A stretch of DNA of 64,000 bases. It comes from Eledone cirrhosa (lineage: Eukaryota). Both the position numbers and the translations under genes were made by a program. Positions 25,559 to 36,894 of this stretch are shown here, one piece after another. Numbering within the stretch: position 1 is the stretch's first letter; each line of letters opens with the position of its first letter. The DNA lies in contig OZ024763.1 in assembly GCA_964016885.1 (NCBI GenBank), positions 1,240,001-1,304,000 of the forward strand. Reading direction: 5' to 3'. Below the pieces are notes generated by a model. That model searched no databases. It was not told where the DNA came from and worked only from the letters and a program-made list of their open reading frames with translations.

Positions 25559-27966
25559 AACAAAACACGTTGGTTGAACTCTTTTGTTATTAAAGATAAA
25601 AAAAAAAGAAATAATAGAAAAATAAAAATGTGATATTGAAGTTGACGAAAAACGAGTTAGTCATTTTTTTTTTTTTTTTGATAAATCGGTAGAGCATCGA
25701 ACTACATGATTTGTGACATAGAGTTACTGCCCTTTACGTTTTGATTTCAAATCCCGCCAAGTTTCGCTTTGGCCTTTCATCCTCACGTAGGTCGATAAAA
25801 TTAAGTACCAGTAACGCACTGAGGTTGATTTAATGGAGTTACTCCCACCCCAAAAAATTGTTGGTCTTCTACATTATAAACATTAACCAGGGTATCTAAT
25901 ACATTTGGTTGGGGGGGCTGTTGGATTCGAGACGTTCGGAGGTACTTGGCTACCGATAACGAGGTCTTTGTCATTGTCGGCGACTCTCCCACCTGAAATA
26001 TCAGATGATGCTCGCCGTGAGAGTGCTTGGCTATTCCAGCGCCTTAGCCCGGCTATCATCCGCAGCAATGTCGGGAGTGTTTTGACTTGCTTCAAAATCT
26101 TTTAGAGGGAACCTTCCAGCACTCCCCATTAAGTGTACCCGTTTAAAAATGACTAATGATGGTGTGTTATGAAGATTAGTTAATTCCAACATTTCAAGCG
26201 ACGGGTTCGTCTTTCGAGAACTTTACTTCAACTAGTTGAGAACTTATTTTGATTATGATTTAATTCTTCAAATTTTAGTGATTAGAATGTCTCAGGAAAG
26301 AATCGCTACACACAGATTTTAAGGGCAAAACCAACCGACAGGAGACTCAGGGGTAGACCCCGAGCAAGATGTATGAATAACATGCTGGCCTCGCTTGAGC
26401 GATCCAGCTCCGATGCTATGAGCATGTTGTTAGAATATCTCAGGAAAGAATCACTTAACAGATTTTACTGGCAAAGCCAATTGGCAGAAGACCCAGGGTA
26501 GACCCCGAGCAAGATGGTTGGATAACATCCATGAGCTTGGCTGGTCTCGCTTGGGGATGCAGCTGAATCAATTGGAAGCAGTTGCTTTTGACGGGACCCG
26601 CTGAAAGGAGTATTTGAGGACTCGGCCCTCACGACCCTCTCAGCAATAAGTGGGCGAAAAAGATGAAACAAGAAGAATTTAAATTTATTTTAGATAGTAA
26701 TCCCCTGTCCCAGCTATAGTTTCGGCGAGAATCAACTGTGTATTTCCTTTAAAATATATAGATGTAGAAACAGAGCCCCCACCCCGAAACATAAGGTCGT
26801 CTGTTTGAAGGATATAATCTCGATGAATTTATTATGTAAAAGTAGCACAAATAGAAACATATGGGAAAAGAAAATGGTGCAACTAAATTTTTTTCTCAGC
26901 CTATGGCGTTCGATATGTTCAGGGCAACGGCCCCTAACTTTTTTATTCCACGGACCAGTGTCACGGAAGACAGTTTCTCCACGGAGCGAGAGGGGCTGGG
27001 GTCGATGTCGGACACACGCATAACAAAACACAATAAAGTGCATGATATAATTTTATTATTAATTTAATTATTACATTTTCACTGTAAATGTAACTCAACT
27101 GGTAGAGCACGATAGTCAATAAAACGGAATAAAAAGTTTTTATCCTTTCTGTGCGTTGGGGATCGCTGCTTTAAGGGAACCGTGCCTCTGTCAATAGTGC
27201 CGGGTTTAGGACAAACGAGACCTTGTGCTAGTTAAGTTATGAGGCCCCAAACAAGGGCTTCATAACTTTAAAAAAAAATGTTGGCAGGAAGATGGGCACC
27301 TCTGACTAATCGAGGCCTGTGCTTAAGCACAATGGTAAATCCGACAGTGGTTGTCAATGAAGTCCTTTTCAATGTTGGCGGCTCGCCTTACCGTGGTATC
27401 AATCAGTTGATTATCTTGGTGAGGGTGCTTGGTTATTTCTGCGACTTAGCCTCGCTATCACCAACGTCATTTTTTTGTTTACCTTGCAGGCAATTTTGAT
27501 ATGACGGAACATTCACAGCTGGGAAGTAACCATCTCTCTCGCAGCTAATATCAGCGCACTACAGTTAAAACATATATGAAATCATAAACAAAATAATATT
27601 TTCTAATAGACAAAGAATCACATATTTGGTGACCGGAACATATCGATTAAGTTATTCGTCTGGTACCTTTATATTATCAAACATCCATTTGGTAATATAT
27701 AATTTTGTTGAGATTCTTAATGTCGCCGTCAGAAATTATTAATTTTAAAATTATTTCTAGATAAAATTTAAACTTAAATTAAACCACTTTTCTACTTTGT
27801 CTTCTTAGACTCATTTCCGGGCTAGCAGTTCGTTTCGTTATTTCCTATCTTAGTTTTCGAACAACTTTAGTGATGGCGCTGTAATTGAAAATAAACTTGG
27901 TGTGAAGTTAATTGACATTTAATTATTATAACATTTCGTCGTGTCTCGACAGGACACGATTGAAGC
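25559..27966. promoter_or_regulatory. Divergent intergenic/promoter region between NIF3L1 and MAD2L2
   Basis: Start codons point away from each other 2.4 kb apart; visibly richer in CpG than gene-body introns; TSS positions not determinable. Confidence 0.55.
25900..26105 (+). mobile_element. C-terminal fragment of a CRE-like (restriction-like endonuclease) non-LTR retrotransposon
   Basis: GFETFGG...RESAWLFQRLSPAIIRSNVGSVL resembles the ETxG...QRLSxAIQRGNA end typical of CRE-clade ORFs. Confidence 0.6.
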
Positions 27967-28009
27967 ATGAGTTCAGAAGCAACTGTAAGTTCTACAAGCA
28001 AGGTTCAAG
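27967..28009 (+). CDS. MAD2L2: MAD2L2/REV7 first coding exon
   Basis: ATG...MSSEATVSSTSKVQ + CAAG|GTATT phase-1 donor matching the phase-1 acceptor at 32203; short first exon as in vertebrate MAD2L2. Confidence 0.7.
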
Positions 28010-28907
28010 GTATTTCTGATTTCTAATTTCCTATAAATCCCAATAACAATAGCCATGTATCTGCAGTCAAGACACCATATATAGATATTTATCTTCTCAA
28101 TTCCTTGATTCCTACACTTTGTTTCGAAGATAATTTTTATTTTCTCTCACTTCCTACATTTATTTTTAAACTAATACCATCAATATGTATTTTATTTCCA
28201 TTTAATTATGTCCGTTGTATGTAAGCAACACCTATATAATAACTAATATACATCTTAACTCACTATCTTCTGTCTGGAGAAACGGAGAATTTTTTTTTTT
28301 GTATATCTCTATTTCTTACGTTTTATTATCATTTATGTTGTTTAACAAATAAACAATATTTAGATTGTTTTTTTATCAAATTCCTTTCAAGAATATCTGT
28401 TAATTCCCTTCATTTCCTTCCCTTCTGTCGTCTGGCTATTCTCAAGCCAATATCAAATACATTCAACGAACGATGGCGATCTTTAACAACGAAACTCTGT
28501 TAATATTTAAAATAATCTGGAAGTTTTATTATTATTTTGATGGATTTTTTTTTCAAACTATTTGAAATATTCTCTTCGATAATTATATTTCGTATATTAA
28601 CAGTTAAGCGGTTTTATTTTCTGTCGTAAAAACGAAGACTACAATGCTAACGAAAGCTATCTGATTGAACATACAGTTCAATCTCACAATTAACAGGTCG
28701 ACGATTGATGGATTAATTTAATATTTTAAGCAACCATTTTCATTTTAAAATTTTACTGACACCTTAATGCTACTAATTAGACAAACAGAATTAGATTTTC
28801 ACATAAATATTTCCATATTCAAGCGACTCCAGTAAACAGGGAGTTGTTATCGACGGGATATTAATTCACTTTCGTTCTTGTTGGTACCAAGGGAGACAAC
28901 ACTGTAT

Positions 28908-28956
<49 letters not shown>

Positions 28957-29088
28957 AGATAAATCTACCAAGAGTTTACGGTAGTGTCCAATCCGTATGA
29001 AGAACTCAATGTATTCCGGATATCATGGAAAGAAGAGATGCAATGAAAAATCACTTTCGGTGAAAGATAAACGGCATACAGAGTCAAG

Positions 29089-29508
29089 ATAAAATATTAA
29101 ACAAATAATGAATAAAACAATGAAACAATTCCTTATATTAAACAAAAAAAGTTCATTATTTAACGATCGTTTCTAGGATATATATGTGTTAGAATTGGCA
29201 TGCATATTCAACAGATCTATGTACAAAATTATACAAAATTATACAAACTATCAAGATTAAATATACATACCAACACATATATACGCCGTCTTCAGAAATA
29301 ATGATTATTTCTGAAGACGGCGTATATATGTGTTGGTATGTATATTTAATCTTGATAGTTTGTATAATTTTGTATAATTTTGTACATAGATCTGTTGAAT
29401 ATGCATGCCAATTCTAACACATATATATCCTAGAAACGATCGTTAAATAATGAACTTTTTTTGTTTAATATAAGGAATTGTTTCATTGTTTTATTCATTA
29501 TTTGTTTA

Positions 29509-29517
<9 letters not shown>
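29089..29517. repeat. Perfect 429-bp palindrome (214-bp arms, 1-nt spacer at 29303) in a (TA)n-flanked Penelope-like element (28955-29517)
   Basis: Arms read as exact reverse complements; each carries a hammerhead core. Confidence 0.93.
29304..29452 (+). ncRNA. Type I hammerhead ribozyme with long stem II (mirror copy on minus 29154-29303)
   Basis: ATTATTT-CTGAAGA-(TATATATGTGTT...AACACATATATA)-GAAA-CGATCG-TT-AAATAAT; stem I pairs, palindromic stem III ACGATCGT. Confidence 0.75.
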
Positions 29518-29541
<24 letters not shown>

Positions 29542-29627
29542 GTAGGAGGTGAGTTTTATTGTAGTACAATAAAGCAATGCAGATATCGGATAAGAAGCAC
29601 TCTACAGTTTGTGGGACTGGAGTATGC

Positions 29628-29934
29628 ATAATATAAGATCAAAAGATGGTTAAAGGAGTTCCATATATTTTATTATGCGCATTTCAAAAACAAACATCAT
29701 CATGCAATAATATTTGTGTTTTCATCAGATAAAACAGGAGAACATGATATGAAGGCTAAAAAACACTTGTGGATAGTGCAGTTTTAAATCAACATATCCA
29801 CAAGTGTTTTTTAGCCTTCATATCATGTTCTCCTGTTTTATCTGATGAAAACACAAATATTATTGCTTGATGATGTTTGTTTTTGAAATGCGCATAATAA
29901 AATATATGGAACTCCTTTAACCATCTTTTGATCT

Positions 29935-29942
<8 letters not shown>
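29628..29942. repeat. Near-perfect inverted repeat (148-bp arms, 19-nt spacer) of a second (TA)n-flanked element (29543-29942)
   Basis: Arms 29628-29775 and 29795-29942; non-palindromic relative at 14790-15012. Confidence 0.92.
29836..29902 (+). ncRNA. Minimal type I hammerhead ribozyme (mirror copy on minus 29668-29734)
   Basis: TTTTAT-CTGATGA-stem II-GAAA-TGCGCA-TA-ATAAAA; palindromic stem III ATGCGCAT. Confidence 0.82.
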
Positions 29943-29965
<23 letters not shown>

Positions 29966-30534
29966 ATGTTATCAAAGCTTTCCATTTCATTCTTTTAACA
30001 ACCTTCTCTACTTTGTCTATCAGCATTTTCGTGTAGAAAGTGTTAGAAGGTGTTGGGATATTCTTGATAGAGTAATCCAAAGGGTATTTATCCATGTTCA
30101 GTATTGGTTTAAAATCCTATTGACTGAAGAGTGCTCGACTTAAAAGGGCTGGAAGGTGCCAATCTCATAAAAATGTAGAATATGCTGCGATCATTCCCTT
30201 GGGAGCTGTATAAGTATTGAAGTTTGCGTTGGAATTGCTCTGGTACTTACATAGAGCACTCTTCACTCCTATGACTTTTTCAATTCCAACGGAAACTTCA
30301 ATACCTATATATATAATATAATTTTTTCGGCTCTGTTTGATAACATTGAGCTATCTCTTGTACTGTCATTTCTCTCATGCGACGAGTGTGTTTGACTCTG
30401 ATGCACTCAAGTGTTTTTATCTTATATATACTCTTTTACCTGTTTCAGCCATCCGGCTGAGGCCATGCTGGGGCACCGCCCTTATATATATATATATTTT
30501 TTGTTTCTTCTCGTATTAATGGTTTCTATCTTAG

Positions 30535-30818
30535 ACACGATGACTGGCACTCCATCAGTTACGACGACGAGCGTTCCAATTGATTTGATCAACGAAGCAG
30601 CCTACTCGTGAAATTAACGTGCAAGTGGCTGAGCATTCCACAGACACGCGCGCCTTTAACGCAGTTCCCAGGGAATGAGACGAGGCTGGTCCTTCGAATG
30701 ACAGGTTCAACTCGTTTTTGTCAGCTGAGTGGATTGGAGCAACGGGAAATAAAGTGACACCACGCGTCGCCGGGAATCGAAGTCACGACCTTACGGTTAT
30801 GAGCCGAATACCTTAACA
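30535..30818 (-). mobile_element. Different CORE-type tRNA-SINE
   Basis: B-box-like TTCGATTCCC, CORE-like TTGCTCCAATCCACTCAGCTG, distinct CpG-rich body. Confidence 0.55.
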
Positions 30819-32202
30819 AGGCCAACCATTTTGGGGGGGAGAGGGGAATGTTGATTAAATCGACCCCCAGTGCATTACTGGTACTTTATTTTACCGACCC
30901 CCCCCCCTCTCCTCGTAAGGATGAAAGGCAAAACTAACTTGGGTCAGATTTGAACTCAGAACGCAAAGGGACATAACTCTATGCCACAAAAAGTCCGACG
31001 CTCTACCGATTACTACCAATCCACCGCCCTGACTAGTTATATACAATGGTTTCTAATTTAGGCACAAGGCCAGCAATTTCGGCGGAGAGGGGAAAGTCGA
31101 TTAAATCGAACCCCCCAGTACGTTACTGGTATTTATTTTATTGGCCCCGTAAGGATGAATGGCAAAGCTAACCTTGTCGAGATTTGAACTCCGACCGTAA
31201 AGGGCCGTAACTCTATACTGCAAAGCATCATGTCCGATGCTCTACCGATTCTGCCAATCCATGATGATTTCTTATATTTACTACAAGATAATAATAAAAA
31301 AAAACAGATAATACAAATAATGAAAAATTTGTATTGTGATAGTCTCCCTCCTGGACAGGACACCAGTCCATTGCAGAGTTAACTCCCTAGTTGTTGCTGG
31401 TACTCATTTTCAGCTGAGTATACTGGAGTAATGTGAAATGAAGTGTTTTACTCAGCACACAACCCAAATGCGCCCAGTACACCCTGTAAAGTGGTAATGC
31501 TAGTATAATGATAAAATGCACCCAGTACACCCTGTAAAGTGTTAGTGCTGGTTTCATAATTCACTGCACCCAGTACACTCTGTAAAGTGTTAGTGCTGGT
31601 TTCATAATATATTGTACCCAATACACTCTGTAAAGTGTTAGTGCTGGTTTCATAATATACTGCACCCAGTACACTCTGTAAAGTGGTAGTGTTGGTGTCA
31701 TAGACATTATGATCGTAATCAGTCAAATACTTAGGGTCAATATGGGCTTCCCCCTTCCACACTAAATTGCTATTATTTTTACTGGCAGTATCAGTAGAGG
31801 GTCGGACGCCATGCTTTGACGCATAGAGTTACGGCCCTTGCCATTCTGAGTTCAAATCCTGCCGAGGTTAACTTTGCCTTTCATCCTTACGGGGTCGATA
31901 AAATAAAGTACCAGTAATACACTGGGATAATTGCTGGCCTTGTGCCTAAAAGTAGAAACAATTATTTTTACAAGTGGTGCTGACACCATGCTCCGTAGCA
32001 CAGAGTTACGGCCCTTTGCGTTCTAAGTTCAAATCCCGCCGAGGTTAGCTTTGCCTTTCGTCCCTATGGGGTTGATAAAATAAAATACCGGTAATGCACT
32101 GGGGTCAATTTAATCAACTTTCCCCTTCCTTCAAATTGCTGGCCTTGTGCCTAAATTAGAATGCTTTATCTTAACAAGTGCAACTGTATTTTCCATTTGT
32201 AG

Positions 32203-32321
32203 TGGCTGCAGATATTGTAACAGAATTTCTTGAAGTTGCTATCCATTGCATTCTCCACCACCGGGACCTCTACCCTGCAGGAGTATTTGAGAGCCGAAAG
32301 AAATACAATGTCCCTGTACAA
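32203..32321 (+). CDS. MAD2L2: MAD2L2 exon 2 (HORMA domain start)
   Basis: [40 protein letters not shown], near-identical to REV7 [39 protein letters not shown]; TGTAG acceptor and GTGAGT donor. Confidence 0.95.
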
Positions 32322-32936
32322 GTGAGTATCTAATAGATTATATTCAATGTGTGTTGGTTCATTGGTCAACAGAATGCATTTGGAACATTTTATCGTGGCA
32401 CCATATTTTGAAAAATAAATTATATATGGAGGTACATGGCTTAGTGGTTAGAGCATTGGCCTTGCAATCAAAAGGTTGTGAGTTCAATTCTCAGACCGGG
32501 TGATGTGTTGTTTCCTTGAGCAAGACACTTTATTTCACATTGCTCCAGTTTACTCAGCTGTAGAAATGAGATGATAGGACTAAGGTCCCTATCATTCCAC
32601 TGCAAAGTGGACGTGGCGGTGCCACGGCAAAAAAGCACCCAGCACTCACTGTAAATGAGGTTGGTGTTAGGAAGGGCATCCAGCTGTAGAAATCAAGCCA
32701 GAATCAGTTTCCGTCCCACTCTTGCAAGCAGGGAAAAGTGGACTCTTGCTCAAGGAAACAACACATCACCCAGTCCAAGAATTGGACTCACAACCTTTTG
32801 ATTGCAAGGCCAATGCTCTAACCACTAAGCCATGTGCCTCCTTCTTATATATAATTTATTTTACCCAGTTTTTTTTTCACCTATGATGGCAATGATAATG
32901 ATGATTTTTTAAATGTAATCATCTCTGTTGTTTCAG

Positions 32937-33112
32937 ATGTGTCTCCATCCCGATGTCATTCAATACATTACCAATATACTTGAGAGTATCAAGCTGTTGT
33001 TGGAAGCGCAGGAAGTTAACCGAGTTGGACTGATCATCCTTGACTCAAAACAGATTCCCATAGAACGTTTCATCTTTGAAATTGGTTATCCTTCACTCTT
33101 ATCAGGCTTTGG
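32937..33112 (+). CDS. MAD2L2: MAD2L2 exon 3
   Basis: MCLHPDVIQYI...PIERFIFEI; TTTCAG acceptor and GTAAGT donor. Confidence 0.95.
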
Positions 33113-33149
33113 GTAAGTAAAGCCCCCTCCTCTTTCATTTTAGTCTCAT

Positions 33150-33820
33150 TCCACTGTAAAGTGGTTGTGTAGGTGTCATGACAAGAAGCACCCAGTCCAC
33201 ACACTGTAAAGTGGTCGTATAGGAGTCACAACAAAAAGCACCCAGTCAAGGCGGTCATGTAGGGGTCATGACAACAAGCACCCAGTTCGCACTGTAAAGT
33301 GGTTGTGTAGGAGTCACGACAAAAAGCAGTCTGTAAAGTGGTTGTGTAAGAGGCCCCTGACAAAAGCACCCAATACACTCTGTAAAGTGGTTGTGTAGGT
33401 GTCACGACAAAAAGCACCCAGCCCACACTGTAAAGTGGTCGTGTAGGAGTCAAGACAAAAAGCACCCAGTCCACACTGTAAAGTAGTCATGTAGGTGTCA
33501 CGACAAAAAGCACCCAGCCCACACTGTAAAGTGGTTGTCTAGGTGTCACGACAAAAAGCACCCAGTCCACACTGTAAAGTAGTCATGTAGGTGTCACGAC
33601 AAAAAGCACCCAGTCCACACTGTAAAGTGGTCGTGTAGGAGTCAAGACAAAAAGCACCCAGTCCACACTGTAAAGTGGTCATGTAGGTGTCACGACAAAA
33701 AGTACCCAGTCTACACTGTAAAGTGGTTGTGTAGGTGTCACAACAAAAAAAGTACCCAGTCCAAATTGTAAAGTGGTCCTGTAGGAGTCACAACAAAAAG
33801 TACCCAGTACACACTGTAAA
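33150..33820. repeat. 48-49-bp minisatellite derived from the RTE 3' UTR (related arrays 20290-20570, 31470-31700, 37305-37950)
   Basis: Unit AAAAGCACCCAGYCCACACTGTAAAGTGGTYGTGTAGG.GTCACGAC matches 44532-44600. Confidence 0.88.
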
Positions 33821-34572
33821 TCTTGTTCTATATTAGCAAGACACAGTCATCTGACCCAACTTGCCTCTAATGGGACAAACCGTCTAACCCATGCTAGTGT
33901 GGAAAATGGACATTAAATGATGATGATGATTGTTTTTACAGCCACTTTCCATGCTGTTATGATATATAAAGGTAAGGAGTAAAAACCCCTTTCAGTCACA
34001 AATAACCATGGGATTTGCACCTAGAAAGTTTTCTTTGTCCAGGCAAGAAGTCCTCCCTCTCAATGCCACCATGTTGTCCAAGACGCTTTATTTCACATTG
34101 CTCTTTCTGCCAGGAGTTGTGACCAATAAAATAGTATTAGCAATGGAAAGACCAATGGAAACATTGTTTCCTTGGTCCGATCTTGTTGATTGATTCCATT
34201 ATGACTACATTGTCTTTATCAACTTATGATCAAAGATGTTACCATCCTTTCTTGTTTTACTGGTATCTATGACTTATGTTATCCTCGTCAACTTATGATC
34301 AAAGTTGTGACCATTCTACCATGTTGTAGATGTATCTATGACATCATCTTCATCAACTTATGATCAAAGATGTGACCATCCTTTCTTGTTGTAGATGTAT
34401 GTATGACTAGATCAATTTATGTTCAAAGATGTGACTGGCCTATCATGTTTTAGTAGTATCTATGACTTCATCTTCATAAACTTATCCAAGCTGTGACCAT
34501 CCTGCCATGCTTTAGTGGTATTCTTGTTGTTGTAATAAGATTTTCTTCAATGTACTTTCTTCTTTGTTTCAG

Positions 34573-34667
34573 TTGTGATATTCTACTGACTGAGTTGGAG
34601 CAATCTCTAAGAGCATTCCTGCTGAAGATCAACGTCTGTGATGCATTGCTGAAACCCCTTCCTCAAG
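34573..34667 (+). CDS. MAD2L2: MAD2L2 exon 4
   Basis: LLTELEQSLRAFLLKINVCDALLKPLP (REV7 EQLLRAFILKISVCDAVL); TTTCAG acceptor and GTAAC donor. Confidence 0.95.
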
Positions 34668-35399
34668 GTAACCTTTCTACCATCTACACCACCACCACCA
34701 TCATCGTTTTTATGTCCACTTTTTCCATGCTTGCATGGGTTGGATGAGTCCTTCTCAGCACAGCCTCTCTCTACTCGCTGTCCTTTATCTCCCCTGTGAG
34801 TCTCTGATTTGAGGTCAGTTTTCGCCATCTCTGCTCAAGTCTTTCTTGGTATTTTCCAGTGGGGTCATGTCAAGTTTTGTTTCTTTCATTCTTTCAACTA
34901 CAAAGAAACACTAGGACACTGTATATCTCAAGAAAACCTCATTGCACTCCATTCCCCTTAAACACGAACAACATGAAACTAGAACCTGTAAACATTAACA
35001 TACACACACATACATATACACCACCATCATCATCATCGTTTTTACACCAGCTTTTTCTATGCTTGTATGTAAAAAGTACATTGCCACCATTGTCTATTTC
35101 CCATTGAATTGAAGAAAGTACTGAAATGGACAAAGAACTTGTTTTTGTGAAGTTATTTTCCAAATATTAATTTGATCATGAGAAAGTTAGTTACAAATAT
35201 TTGATTATTTGAAAATAACAGGCAGTGTTTCTCATTAGAAATATGGTAAGGAAAGGGTTAACAGTGAAAAAGTTAGTTATATTATTAAATCCCTTGAAAT
35301 TCTTGGATTATTTAAAAAATTATTTGAAAATAAAAGGCAATGTCTTTCCTGAGAATTGTGGTAATGAGAGGGTTAATTATTCACGTATTGTTTTAACAG

Positions 35400-35473
35400 A
35401 TGTCACCTGGGCTATCCACATTCATACCAGTGATTCTGCCATGCTACGACTAGAGGAAAAGCAGATTCTAAGG
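35400..35473 (+). CDS. MAD2L2: MAD2L2 exon 5
   Basis: DVTWAIHIHTSDSAMLRLEEKQILR; TAACAG acceptor and GTAAT donor; phases 1/0. Confidence 0.9.
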
Positions 35474-36328
35474 GTAATACATGATATATTTCTTCTTCTT
35501 TTAAAGCGCTTGAAACCCTCCTCTTCTTGCCCTTGGTCCTATAATACAAAATTATTTATTTTAAATGCGTTTATATTTATCTAAAAACTTCCCGTTGTGG
35601 ATTGGCAGTATCGGTAGAGGGTCAGACGCCATGCTTTCCAGCATAGTTACGTCCCTTTACGATCTGAGTTCAAATCCCGCCGGGGTTGACTTTGCCTTTC
35701 ATCCTTACGGGGTCGATAAAATAAAGTACCAGTAATGCACTGGGTTATTGCTGGCCTTGTGCCTAAAGTAGAAACAGTTATAATTTTAAGTAAGAACCTT
35801 TAAGCCAGGCATGTCAAACTGAGGGTCCCCCGAGGGTCATATGGGTCACGTGTTGTCTGAGGGCTCCATGGGTCACATATTCTGTTGTCTGAGGGCCACA
35901 CAACAACTAATTGTGCATGTTACAACTAATTTTTTAAATTTAATATTATGAAGATAAAACATGCTCGCTCTGTAAAAACCTTTGTGTGGGCCGCAGGTGT
36001 GCTTGTAAAGGGCCGTATGCAGCCCACGGGGTCGCAGGTGTGCTTGTAAAGGGCCGTATGCAGCCCACGGGGCCGCATGCTTGACATGCCTGATTTACGT
36101 CATCTTTCAGGATTCATGACCATAGGTAAGGGTTGGCATGAATACCGAATTCTACATGAATTAACTCTTAATGACTTGTATTGTATGAAACTACATTAGT
36201 AAGACATTCTTGAAAACTACACAACAACATTATGACTGCACCACATTAGAAATTAAAACCTCTTTTACTCTAATATTACAAATTTTAAGAACGATTGTCT
36301 GCTAGTAAAGATAATGTAAGCATTTGAA

Positions 36329-36557
36329 TTAACCCTTTAGCATTTAAACTGGCCGTATCCTGCCAGAATTCTCTCACCTCTTTCTGTTCAAACTGGCTGT
36401 AACTGGCCGCTCATACTAATGTTAAGTTATTGTTCTCAAAATTAATAATATCAAAATCTCATAGATTTGATATTATGTAAGATAATTATGTGAAGTAAAG
36501 CCTTTACCTTTTTAATACAATAGTAAATAGTGAGTAATATAAATGGTAAAGGGTTAA
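36329..36557. mobile_element. piggyBac-type MITE, about 200-230 bp (other copies 1760-1961, 7722-7938, 10624-10849, 21699-22422, 49477-49692)
   Basis: TTAA TSD and CCCTTTAGCATTTA-like TIRs; empty-site paralogue near 36700. Confidence 0.88.
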
Positions 36558-36801
36558 CAAACCACGTAAAACTACATTAGCAAGACATTCTTGAAAAGTA
36601 CGAAACAACACTATAACTGCACCACATTAGAAATTAAAGCCTTATCTAATATTACAAACTTTAAGAAGAACCTTCTACTAGTAATGATACTGTAAGTATT
36701 TGAATTAACAAACATGGTTTTTTTATTAGGAATTTTCGTGGTAGATAATTACAGGTTGTTAACGATTATAATTCATGTCAAAAATATTTTGTCTACAATA
36801 G

Positions 36802-36894
36802 AATTTCCCTTGGATTGAAGCTGAGGAAAAACAGAAAACCATGACAAATTCTTCATTGGTGCCAATGAAAACTGTAAACTCAGAGATTGTGAAG
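36802..36894 (+). CDS. MAD2L2: MAD2L2 exon 6 (safety-belt region)
   Basis: NFPWIEAEE...LVPMKTVNSEIVK (REV7 DFPWILADE...LIPLKTMTSDILK); AATAG acceptor and GTAAAT donor. Confidence 0.93.

Noticed and set aside
27985-27990. Consensus GTAAGT donor inside MAD2L2 exon 1
   Set aside because: Phase 0 relative to the ATG, so incompatible with the phase-1 exon 2 acceptor; not used in the model, although it could give a non-productive isoform
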